From Planctomycetota bacterium (GTDB taxonomy: Bacteria; Planctomycetota; MHYJ01; WSZJ01): a stretch of 64,000 nt of DNA. The notes below the pieces were generated by a model. It was given only the letters and a program-made list of their open reading frames with translations, was not told where the DNA came from and did not search any database. The stretch covers positions 229,301-293,300 of the forward strand of contig JBBTCT010000022.1 in assembly GCA_038060895.1 (NCBI GenBank), written 5' to 3'. Position 1 is the stretch's first letter. Every line of letters begins with the position of its first letter. Positions 17,794-26,100 of the stretch are shown here, piece after piece. Both the position numbers and the translations under genes were made by a program.

Positions 17794-19158
17794 ATGCGCA
17801 TCACACTGCTGCTCCTGTTCCTGACCTCCACCGCGTTCGCCGATCGCTGGGGGGCATACGTGGAAAACCGCACGGTGTCCCCCAACGGAAAACACTACGT
17901 CGTCGCCAGAAGCCCCGAGTTCATGAAGCTCTCCTTCCAGATCTGCCGCCGCCGCGACGGTGTCGCGCCCCTTCTCCCGGCCGAGAATCCCGATCCCATC
18001 GATCGCGATTCCGAGGACAAGCTGCTGGCGGAAGGGCAGCTCGACTGGTGCCCGATTGCGATCCGGGTGCTGGACTCGGAGCCCTCGGCGGTGCTGTTCG
18101 AGAAGCACGGCGGAGTCGGGCGCGGAAACTCGCTGGCGCTGGTGGACGAGAAGGGACAGACGCGGTGGACGGTGCAGCTGGACGACCTCTTCACGGCGCA
18201 GGAGATCGAAAAGTTCATGCGCACGGTGTCGTCGATCTGGTGGTCGCAGGGGTGGTGGATTGACGAAAAGCGCGGAAAGGTCGTGGTCGTCGCGACCGGG
18301 GACGCGCTTCGCGAGGTTGACCTCAAGGACGGCAAGGTTTCGACGCCGCCGGCGAAGGTGCTGCTCCTGCGCGTGGAGGAAGGACCGGTGGCGGACCGGT
18401 GCCTGGCGCTTGAGGTGATGTCGCGGATACTGCCGGAGGGGATGACGCCGTGGGTCACGACGGTGGCGCAGGATGAGAAACAGCCGGTTGCGGTGCGGCT
18501 GCGCGCCGCGATTGCGTCGAAAAAGGCGGGTGAGGATCCGAGGGCGGGAGATCTTTTCCTGGCGGCGATCCCGAAGGGACAGCCGATCGACGAGCGGCGG
18601 TACGCAATCGGGCATCTCGGGGAGATTCTCGGTGAGAAGGCGATCCCTCACCTGCGTGAAGCGATGCGCGGGACTGCCGACGGGGCCTGGGGCTCGGCGC
18701 AGGAGGGTCTGGCGGCGTTCGGGGAGCACGCGGTGCCCGTGCTGATCGAGATGATGAAGGAAGTCAAGGAGACGCCGGACTACCGTGGAGGCGCGGCGCA
18801 CGTGCTGGCGAAGATCGGGGCGAGGTCGTCGGTGCCGGCGCTGGTCGAGACGATTTCGGACCCGGTTGAATACGTTGCGAATGCCGCGGCAAACGCGGCG
18901 ATCGCGATCGGGGCGCCGGATCTGGAGGAGAAGCTCGCCGCGATTCTGCTGAAGGGATCGACGCAGGACTCGCGCCTGGCCGGGTACTTCGAGGATCACC
19001 CGGGCGAGCGGGCGGTGGAAGCGCTCGTCGCGGCGCTAGGGCGGACGAAGCCGGATACGTACGACCGGCGGAGGGTGCTGCAAACGCTGAGGAAAATTAC
19101 GGGGAAGGATTTCGGTGAAGAGGCGGAGGATTGGAAGGCGGGGTTGAAAGGGAGGTAA
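17794..19158 (+). CDS. secreted HEAT-repeat protein
   Basis: Signal peptide 'MRITLLLLFLTSTAFA'. The C-terminal half holds HEAT-like repeats ('RLRAAIASKKAGEDPRA', 'RRYAIGHLGEILGEKAIPHL', 'GGAAHVLAKIGARSSVPALV'). Confidence 0.8.
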   Translation: MRITLLLLFLTSTAFADRWGAYVENRTVSPNGKHYVVARSPEFMKLSFQICRRRDGVAPLLPAENPDPIDRDSEDKLLAEGQLDWCPIAIRVLDSEPSAVLFEKHGGVGRGNSLALVDEKGQTRWTVQLDDLFTAQEIEKFMRTVSSIWWSQGWWIDEKRGKVVVVATGDALREVDLKDGKVSTPPAKVLLLRVEEGPVADRCLALEVMSRILPEGMTPWVTTVAQDEKQPVAVRLRAAIASKKAGEDPRAGDLFLAAIPKGQPIDERRYAIGHLGEILGEKAIPHLREAMRGTADGAWGSAQEGLAAFGEHAVPVLIEMMKEVKETPDYRGGAAHVLAKIGARSSVPALVETISDPVEYVANAAANAAIAIGAPDLEEKLAAILLKGSTQDSRLAGYFEDHPGERAVEALVAALGRTKPDTYDRRRVLQTLRKITGKDFGEEAEDWKAGLKGR

Positions 19159-19273
19159 CGACGGCGGAAGGAAGCTGTCCTCGCGGCGCCATTCCTCTCA
19201 GGGCGGTGCCATTTCCCATTCCCTCATGCCGGGTAGGAGGGAAAGGACAAGACGGGCGGCTGAATTGGCCTGG

Positions 19274-21091
19274 TTACTTCGCTCCCAACGTCCTCGCCCG
19301 AACAAGGTAAACCCAGACCTCCCGCCCCTTCGCCCCGTTCCTTGTGACCGCCGAGGCCACGAACGCTCTCCCGTCCTGCAGATGCGCGTCGCATCCCAGC
19401 GACACGACCTCGCAGGTCGGCGTCTGCACGGCGCCCCCTGTCTCGGACTCGGTCTCCAGTGCCTCCGCCATCGAGGCTTCGGCCAGACCCGACTGAAGCT
19501 TCACCTGCAGCCGTCCCTCGGTGGCCTGGAGGACGCCGGCGTGGAGAAGGAAGCCGTCGTTCAGCGAATCGATGACGGGATCCCAGGCCTTGGCGCCCCA
19601 GGCGATTTCCACGTCGTGCTCCGCGACGAAATCGGCGTGGCGGCCGCGAAGCGAATGGAAAGGACTCCCGGTGCGGCCGAGCGCGGACGACTGGGCGACG
19701 AGGCGCGCGGTCCCTTTCTGCACGAGCCCGAGGATGTCGCCGAAAAGCGCGTCGGGGAGCCCGCCCGCCCGCTCCAGGACGTCGCGGCGGGCGAGCCACT
19801 CGGACTCGGGGAACGCGAGAAGCCACGACTCGGCCGCGAGGTTCGCGCCAAGGCGCAACTCCAGGTCGGTCAGCGTGCGCCGGATCTTGTCCTGCACTTC
19901 CGGCGGCGCGTGCACGACGAGGTCGTCGCCGATGATGGCGTAGCGGCAGCCGTCTTCGCTCCAGGTTTCTTCGCCGGTGCCGGCCTTGATCCGCTCGTCC
20001 AGTTCGTCGAGGTCCAGGCAGGTCGGATCGGGACCCGGGCCACATCGGATTCCCCCTCCGTTCTCGGGCGGATCGTTCAGCCCCAGATGGGGGGGCCTGC
20101 GATCGAACCAGGGGAGGCGCAGCAGAGCGCCGATGCTGTAGGCACGGAAGACCTCCGCGTTTCCCGCCCGCTCGGCGACGGCGTCGGAAGCGCCCTCGAC
20201 GCGTGCGCGCAGGAGGACGGCCGTGGTCCAGCCCGGAGTGAAGGGGCGGTAATCGGTCGCAGCGAGGAGGAGGGTCCGGCCCGGCTGAAGCGCGACGTAG
20301 GTGCGGATTTCCGTGGAATCCATGCGCGGAAGTTCGAGGCGTCCGCCGGACGCCGCCGGGAGTTTGAAATCGGCCAGCTCGGCCAGGCGCGCGGTCTGGA
20401 TCAGGAGCTCGAGGTGCAACAGGTCCTCGCCCGCCGAAAAATGCGGCCGCATCTCCAGGACCGCACCTTCCTGAAGTTCGTCCATGATCGGGTCGGCGAT
20501 CGCAGACTGCTGCGCAATCTCGATGTCGAAATCTCTCACATAGGTCTTCCGCCGGAGCGACGACGCAACCGCGTAGCGCCCCCCGCCCCCGCGGGCGACC
20601 AGCCGGTGCGCCACCCGGCCGCGCGCCTTGTCAGCCGCCGCGGCCCGAAGCCCCGCCGCCGCCGCTTCGTCCAGCAATCCCGGCGCAAGCCCGTCCGCAA
20701 CCCCGGGCGCCAATTCCACCATCTCCATCTCCACCACGATCGTCCGCGCCGCCCGCTTTTCGAGCAGCTCGAGCGCTGCGGCAATCGACTGAAGCACTTC
20801 CGGCCCCGCCGTCACGCGCAGCGTCCCGTTGGCGTACTCGAGCGTGTCCACGCCGCTGTCCCACGCGCCGGCATTCACGGTCTGGCCGAGGAGAAGCGCG
20901 ATGCTGTCTCCGGTGCCCTCCGTCTCGGGGGCCGCGCCCACCGGGGGCTCGTAAACGACAAAGCCGATCCGCGGCCCGCGCTTTTCGGGACGAGGGTCCG
21001 TCAGGGAGCGCAGATCCCACGTGCGGCGCTCCTGCGCGGAAGCGGCCGTTGCGAAGGCGAGGACGGCGAGGATGGCGATTGAGACCCGCAT
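19274..21091 (-). CDS. secreted protein with two secretin-like modules (paralogue 1)
   Basis: The start 'MRVSIAILAVLAFATAASA' (ATG 21091) overlaps the upstream stop as ATGA. Each module has a Secretin_N-like 'L.V.A.PEV...I...L..L' segment. That is followed by 'RDFDIEIAQQSAIADPIMDELQEGAVLEMRP' or 'EHDVEIAWGAKAWDPVIDSLNDGFLLHAGV'. Confidence 0.75.
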   Translation of the reverse strand: MRVSIAILAVLAFATAASAQERRTWDLRSLTDPRPEKRGPRIGFVVYEPPVGAAPETEGTGDSIALLLGQTVNAGAWDSGVDTLEYANGTLRVTAGPEVLQSIAAALELLEKRAARTIVVEMEMVELAPGVADGLAPGLLDEAAAAGLRAAAADKARGRVAHRLVARGGGGRYAVASSLRRKTYVRDFDIEIAQQSAIADPIMDELQEGAVLEMRPHFSAGEDLLHLELLIQTARLAELADFKLPAASGGRLELPRMDSTEIRTYVALQPGRTLLLAATDYRPFTPGWTTAVLLRARVEGASDAVAERAGNAEVFRAYSIGALLRLPWFDRRPPHLGLNDPPENGGGIRCGPGPDPTCLDLDELDERIKAGTGEETWSEDGCRYAIIGDDLVVHAPPEVQDKIRRTLTDLELRLGANLAAESWLLAFPESEWLARRDVLERAGGLPDALFGDILGLVQKGTARLVAQSSALGRTGSPFHSLRGRHADFVAEHDVEIAWGAKAWDPVIDSLNDGFLLHAGVLQATEGRLQVKLQSGLAEASMAEALETESETGGAVQTPTCEVVSLGCDAHLQDGRAFVASAVTRNGAKGREVWVYLVRARTLGAK

Positions 21092-22899
21092 CAGCGCACC
21101 TCCGGAAAGCGGACCCGGATGAGGAGAAGGAGCGTTTCGGCGGGGCCTTCGCGTCGCGCCTCCGTCACCGCCGTCCACTCGCCGGCCTTGACGGTCGAGT
21201 CCGTCCGGATTTCGAGCAGGTCGATCGTGGTCCGGTGGATGTCGCCGCCGTGCTCCGCCCCGGTTCCAAATGCTGCGATTTCCGAACGCCACCCGAACTG
21301 GCCCTGGAGTTCCACCCGCGCGCGCCCGCCAGCGTCGGCCGCAAAGGGCCTCACGTCAAGCAGGAGCCCTTCGCGCAGGACGTCGTTGACCGGGTCCGTC
21401 GCCGCCGCTTCCTGCGCAATCTCGACGTCGCGGTCGCGCACGAAGAGCGACTCGGCGCCCGCGAACGCGTGGACGCGCTGGCCGGTGAGCCCGAGAGCCG
21501 TCGCGCCTGCGACCACGCGCGCACGGTCGCCCTTGCGCGCCGCCGCGAGAACGTCCGCCGCCGGGAGGTCGCCGCGCTCCCTGCCCTCGAGGGCCACCAC
21601 GACCGCGTCCACCGCGACCCGCTTCAGCCGGAGTTCGGCCATTCCCTTGAGCGCCGCTTCCGTCGCTTCCAGGATCCCCTGCGGTGCGACGGCCATGATG
21701 CGGTCGTGCCTGAAGCGCAGTTCGCGGCCTTCCACCGACCAGGCGTCCTCCCCGCCGGCCGACTGGCGGAGCAGCGCCCCGAGAGTGTCGTCGTCGAGCC
21801 CGGGATTGCGCGGGTCTTCGATGAAGATGACGCCGCCCTGCTGTTCGTCCCAGTCCGAGAGGTCCAGCCGCTGCCCGGGGAAATCCGTCACGTTCCATTG
21901 GAGGGTGCCGGCCTCGAGGAAGCGCATCTTGAGATCGTCGAGGCCCGCCGCGAGATCGCCGAGGGGCTCTTCGACGCGCTTGGCGCGGACCAGCGCCACG
22001 AGCGTCCAGCCGTTCTCGATGCCTTCGACGCCGCCGGGGACGAGCAGGACGGTGCGCCCCGAAGGGCACGGCCACGTCCCGGCCGCGAACCAGGCCGCGC
22101 GCGAGGGGAGCTGGATCTTTCCCTCGGGTTTCGCCTTCGCGTCGAATTCGAGCACCGTGCCCGGGCGGGCGCACTGGAAGCGGTACTCCAGGAGGACCGT
22201 CGCGCCGTCGGGGGCGAGCACCGGCCGCACGTCGAGCACGGTCCCATCCAGCACTTTCTGCACGAACGGGTCGGCGACCGTGGCCGCCTGCGCAATTTCG
22301 ATGTCGTAGTCCACCACCAGTTGCCGCTCGCGCACGTCGGCCGCGTGAAACCGAAGCCCCGGCGCGCCGCCCGATCGCAGCACCGCCACTGTCCGCCCGC
22401 GCGTCCCGCCCGCCGCCGCTTCCCGCAACGACTGCTCCTGCGCATCCGTCACGACGCCCGCTTCGAGCCCGGCCGTTTCAAGCACCCCCGGCGCCAGCAG
22501 CATGACCTCCGCATCCACCACCACCCGGCGCGCGCCGATCCGCGCGAGCACGTTCAGGGCCGCGACGATCTTCTCCTGGGCCTGCTTCGTCTGCTTGACC
22601 GTCATCCACCCGTCGCCGGCGATGTCGAGCGACGCGTCCCCCGCTTCCCACGACTCCGGCTCGACCATCCGCTGGATCGCCCAGGTCAGCGTCTCGGCGT
22701 CGAAGGCGGCCACTTCCTCGTACTCCTCGCCGTTCTCAACGGCCGAAGTATCCGGAATGGTTTTCAGGCTCAGCCTCGGTCCCGGCTTCGAACTGCCCGT
22801 AGCCCGGAGCGCGCGGACGTCGTGCGTGCGCGTCACAAAGCCAGAGTCCTCGGCCCAGGCAAGTCCCGCGGCGAGGAAGAGGACGGCGATCGGTCGCAT
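21091..22899 (-). CDS. secreted protein with two secretin-like modules (paralogue 2)
   Basis: Start 'MRPIAVLFLAAGLAWA' (ATG 22899). Motifs are 'VDYDIEIAQAATVADPFVQKVLDGTVLDVRP' and 'RDRDVEIAQEAAATDPVNDVLREGLLLDVRP'. Colinear with paralogue 1. Confidence 0.75.
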   Translation of the reverse strand: MRPIAVLFLAAGLAWAEDSGFVTRTHDVRALRATGSSKPGPRLSLKTIPDTSAVENGEEYEEVAAFDAETLTWAIQRMVEPESWEAGDASLDIAGDGWMTVKQTKQAQEKIVAALNVLARIGARRVVVDAEVMLLAPGVLETAGLEAGVVTDAQEQSLREAAAGGTRGRTVAVLRSGGAPGLRFHAADVRERQLVVDYDIEIAQAATVADPFVQKVLDGTVLDVRPVLAPDGATVLLEYRFQCARPGTVLEFDAKAKPEGKIQLPSRAAWFAAGTWPCPSGRTVLLVPGGVEGIENGWTLVALVRAKRVEEPLGDLAAGLDDLKMRFLEAGTLQWNVTDFPGQRLDLSDWDEQQGGVIFIEDPRNPGLDDDTLGALLRQSAGGEDAWSVEGRELRFRHDRIMAVAPQGILEATEAALKGMAELRLKRVAVDAVVVALEGRERGDLPAADVLAAARKGDRARVVAGATALGLTGQRVHAFAGAESLFVRDRDVEIAQEAAATDPVNDVLREGLLLDVRPFAADAGGRARVELQGQFGWRSEIAAFGTGAEHGGDIHRTTIDLLEIRTDSTVKAGEWTAVTEARREGPAETLLLLIRVRFPEVR

Positions 22900-22990
22900 G
22901 AAGCGGTCTCCCGGGTGAATTGGCAGGGCGTCCCCCGGTGCATGAGACGGCCCGACGGGGGTGCGGGTCAAGCGCATTTCTGAAGTTCTG

Positions 22991-23030
22991 GGCTGGCATG
23001 GGCCGGCATGAGCTGGCGTTGGCTTAGTTC
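22991..23030. repeat. tandem 10-mers GGCTGGCATG GGCCGGCATG AGCTGGCGTT GGCTTAGTTC
   Basis: Read directly. Same family and orientation as the left arm at 32372-32432. Confidence 0.7.
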
Positions 23031-23228
23031 AGCAGGAAGACCAAGACCCGTACAGAGGGTGGGCTGAAACGCCAGTGACTCGGGGCCGGCCAGGGGACTA
23101 TACTCTGGTCGGGGGAGATTTTTCCGAGTGGACCGCTGCTTTGCGCTGAGATCGCTGGTGCGGGAGGGAGAAGTAATGAGCGACCTGCTCTGCGTTGGAC
23201 TTTCGAAACGCTCCGCCCCCTCTCGTGT

Positions 23229-23252
23229 GCAAGCAAGCAAGCAAGCAAGCAA
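23229..23252. repeat. tetranucleotide microsatellite (GCAA)x6
   Basis: Read directly: gcaagcaagcaagcaagcaagcaa. It lies in the divergent intergenic region between the secretin-like operon and the EBP gene. Confidence 0.95.
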
Positions 23253-23364
23253 GGTAACCCACCTCTCAGCGCTGTTTGCGCGCCGCCGAAAGTCGAGATG
23301 CGGAAGACCGCATGGACGCCAGATGTCGCTGTGCCTCCCAGTCTGAAGGTTTCAATGCCAAGTT

Positions 23365-24924
23365 TTGCCTGGTGCCTACGAGAGGAAATCGCCCATGGAA
23401 CGATTTGAGGCCGCACGTCGCGCACGCGCAGTTCTGCAAAATCTGGTCATCGCGGCGGCTCCGGCTGGTCAAATCCTGAATGCCACGCTTCGCGAGTGCC
23501 TCCTCCTGACTGGGGCGCGAACCGCGCTCTTCATTGGCGCCGCCGAGGTCCCAGAGCACCTTCGAAGCGTTCCCATGACCTTCGATGGACCGGGAAAGTG
23601 GCCGCCGCTTTCACCGAAACTGCTCGAAACGGTCATGCGTACGGCGAAGCCCTGGGTTCCCGTGGCAACGCCCGCGGATGGAAATGGCACTCCACCCCAC
23701 GTCTCCGAAGTGCTGTGCCTGGGCGATCGTTTCATGGGGGTCGCAGGGTTCATGCCCTGCTCGTTGGAAACTCTCGGTGAAGCGGGGCGTGAACTGCTCA
23801 CAGAGCTCCTACAGTCCATCGCCGAAGCTCTCTCCGCGGCCGTGTACCAGACGGCAATCGCCCGATTGGAGTCGGACCTGCGGCTTGCGAGAGTTGGCAA
23901 TGCCCTCACGCCGCTACCTCTCGTCGGCGGACCGACGAAGCTGCAGTCAAAGCGGCTGGTCGGCAATTCATCCCAGATGCGCGATTTGGACGGACGGATC
24001 GATCGTGCAGCCGCCACCGATGCAACGGTCCTGATCCAGGGGGAAACAGGAACGGGGAAGGAACTTGTCGCCCAGGAAATTCACGCCCGTTCGCCGCGGC
24101 GGCGGGGCCCGTTCGTCGATCAGCACATGGGAGCCTTGCCCGACGACCTGATCGAAGCGGTCATCATGGGGTACGTCAAGGACATCCACTCGCAAGCCCA
24201 CAAAGACAAGCCCGGCCAGTTCGAGCTAGCCGACAAGGGCACCTACTTCATGGACGAGGTCGGGCTGACCACCCTGATCGTGCAGGAGAAATTTCTGCGT
24301 GTTCTCCAGGAGCGAAAGGTCCGCCGCATCGGGTCGGAAGTGTCGTTCGATTTCGACACGCGCATCATTGCGGCGAGCAATCGCGATCTGCAGGAACTCG
24401 TCCGTGAAGGAAAAATGCGTGAGGACTTTTTCTACCGGCTCAAGGTCGTGACCATTCCCATCCCCCCGCTGCGTCACCATCTCGAGGACTTGCCGGCACT
24501 GTTCGAGTATTTCACCGAGCGCCTCGCCTGCAAGTGGAGCCTGCCCGCGCTTCGCGACCACAAATTCGATTCCGCCTGGGCCGCTCTCCTCGGGGGATGG
24601 TCGTGGCCCGGAAACGTTCGGGAACTTGAAAACACCGTTGAGGAGGTCGTAACGAATTCGGGAGGCGCGCCAAAGCTCGAGGAACTGGAAAAGATCATGG
24701 ACGCGAAGCGGAATGCGGCCGGGATCGAGGAGGCAGCGTCCGGCGAGCGGATTTCGCACGCCAAGCGGATGGAGAATGCCGAAGCGAACTTCCTGCGAAG
24801 CGACCTGCGCGAGAGCAACGGCAGCGTCCGCAAGGCGGCAGAGAAGAACGGCCTCTCGGAGCCGACCATGCGAAGGAAGGCAACCCGGTATCACCTCTCG
24901 ACTTCGTCAGGCGCTCAGAAATGA
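23365..24924 (+). CDS. sigma-54-interaction-domain (AAA+) transcriptional regulator, GAF-like N-terminus, Fis-type HTH; GAFTGA motif absent
   Basis: 'VLIQGETGTGKELVAQEIH', 'GTYFMDEVG', 'RIIAASNRDLQELVREGKMREDFFYRLKVVTIPIPPLR', 'WPGNVRELEN' and the HTH 'SVRKAAEKNGLSEPTMRRKATRY'. An alternative start is ATG 23395. Confidence 0.85.
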   Translation: MPGAYERKSPMERFEAARRARAVLQNLVIAAAPAGQILNATLRECLLLTGARTALFIGAAEVPEHLRSVPMTFDGPGKWPPLSPKLLETVMRTAKPWVPVATPADGNGTPPHVSEVLCLGDRFMGVAGFMPCSLETLGEAGRELLTELLQSIAEALSAAVYQTAIARLESDLRLARVGNALTPLPLVGGPTKLQSKRLVGNSSQMRDLDGRIDRAAATDATVLIQGETGTGKELVAQEIHARSPRRRGPFVDQHMGALPDDLIEAVIMGYVKDIHSQAHKDKPGQFELADKGTYFMDEVGLTTLIVQEKFLRVLQERKVRRIGSEVSFDFDTRIIAASNRDLQELVREGKMREDFFYRLKVVTIPIPPLRHHLEDLPALFEYFTERLACKWSLPALRDHKFDSAWAALLGGWSWPGNVRELENTVEEVVTNSGGAPKLEELEKIMDAKRNAAGIEEAASGERISHAKRMENAEANFLRSDLRESNGSVRKAAEKNGLSEPTMRRKATRYHLSTSSGAQK

Positions 24925-25081
24925 CGAAGCGCCGCTCATCTTTGACGAAACGCACTTCGTAAGTCGAAGCCCTGTGGTGCGCGAAACTTGTGTCGCGTGC
25001 CGCACCGGCCGGTTCCGTTGAATTCGTCAAGAGTGAGCGAGTGCCGGATCCTTTTCCGGATCCCGCCCCGGGGAATGTGAG

Positions 25082-25096
25082 TGGCCCGCGGCTTGC
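25082..25096 (+). promoter_or_regulatory. sigma-54-type -24/-12 promoter candidate TGGCCCG-N4-TTGC
   Basis: TGGCCCGCGGCTTGCG matches the consensus TGGCACG-N4-TTGCW, with GG and GC at the canonical spacing. It ends 13 nt before ATG 25110. Confidence 0.5.
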
Positions 25097-25109
25097 GATA
25101 AAGATTCGC

Positions 25110-25637
25110 ATGGGAGCCTGCTGCGGCGGATGCGATGAGGGCGCGAGTTGCGCTGGCAAACAGCCTGCGGCGGTTTTGCTGCCTCCGGACCTGATCATCC
25201 CGGGACCCGACCCGGATCGCACGGGAGTGCTTGAGCTGGAAGAAGTTCCGGATGAGACGACGAGCGATGAATCGGTCCCGCTGATCACGAAGTCGCTCGG
25301 CCCCACCCGGCCAGTCGCACTTAACACCCGTCTCGTCCTCACGGACGGCGGAACGACTGTCAGCGAAGCGCTGCACGTCCGGGGTTGCAACTCGGGTAGC
25401 GTCGACCTTGTCGTCTTCCTTCTGAATTCGATCTCGACCATAGACGCGGTCCTGGAGGGCGGAATCGACGGAGAAAACTACCGCCGGATTTCCTCGACGC
25501 GATTCAGCGCAGCCGGGTTTGCGAGGTTCCGATTTCGCCGGGTGGGTTACCGCTTTCTCCGAGTGTATTACAGCGCTTCCGGCTCGGCCGGTGGCGTCGC
25601 TGTCCTGACCACAACGATCAACGGTTCATCCAACTGA
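25110..25637 (+). CDS. cassette protein A: Cys-rich N-terminus, Pro/acidic linker, beta-rich C-domain
   Basis: 'MGACCGGCDEGASCAGKQ...'. The C-domain 'AVLEGGIDGENYRRI...YRFLRVYY' is paralogous to protein B. The track ORF extends to GTG 24990; the start chosen here follows the promoter candidate. Confidence 0.6.
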   Translation: MGACCGGCDEGASCAGKQPAAVLLPPDLIIPGPDPDRTGVLELEEVPDETTSDESVPLITKSLGPTRPVALNTRLVLTDGGTTVSEALHVRGCNSGSVDLVVFLLNSISTIDAVLEGGIDGENYRRISSTRFSAAGFARFRFRRVGYRFLRVYYSASGSAGGVAVLTTTINGSSN

Positions 25638-25656
25638 CCCCCAAAGGAGGACGTTC

Positions 25657-25980
25657 ATGGCCTATGCCAAGCTCTTTACAAACTTGTCCGTCGTCAACGG
25701 AGTTTCGCAGTACTCGCAACCGTTCAGTATGGCGGGGAACAACGCGTTCCGGTTCGGAGTGACGGTCTTCAGCAACTCCGCGACGAGTCTGACCTGTACG
25801 CCCCAAGGTTCCATCGACGGACAAAACTGGCGGGACCTCACCGCCGCAACCGGGCTCGTCGTCGGGTGGGCCTCGTTCACGCAAGGGAGCATCACCGACC
25901 TGATGGTGAGACTCGTCTGCACGGTCGTAGGAACCGGGACGATCGTCCTGGCCGCTGATGTGTACACGAGCCAGCAGTAG
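25657..25980 (+). CDS. cassette protein B: 107-aa beta-rich protein (possible major subunit)
   Basis: Strong SD (AAAGGAGG, 6 nt before the ATG). 'TPQGSIDGQNWRDLTAA...LMVRLVC' parallels protein A. A stable hairpin follows the gene. Confidence 0.7.
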   Translation: MAYAKLFTNLSVVNGVSQYSQPFSMAGNNAFRFGVTVFSNSATSLTCTPQGSIDGQNWRDLTAATGLVVGWASFTQGSITDLMVRLVCTVVGTGTIVLAADVYTSQQ

Positions 25981-26026
25981 GAACACGAAGAGTCGGAGCA
26001 GTCGCAACCCTCGGACCAGTCGGGGC

Positions 26027-26055
26027 GGAGGAGAGCCGTCGTCCGGCTCTCTTCC
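26027..26055 (+). other. intercistronic GC-rich hairpin (12-bp stem, 5-nt loop, no U-tract)
   Basis: GGAGGAGAGCCG tcgtc CGGCTCTCTTCC, read directly. It lies between cassette genes B and C. Confidence 0.6.
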
Positions 26056-26100
26056 GTCCGGCTTCCGAAATAAAAACATCGTCGTTACAAAGAGGTCGAA

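Noticed and set aside
23125-23145. Second sigma-54-like motif TGGACCGCTGCTTTGC upstream of the EBP gene.
   Set aside because: The GG-to-GC spacing is one nucleotide too long and the -24 element is TGGACC rather than TGGCAC. This is not convincing.
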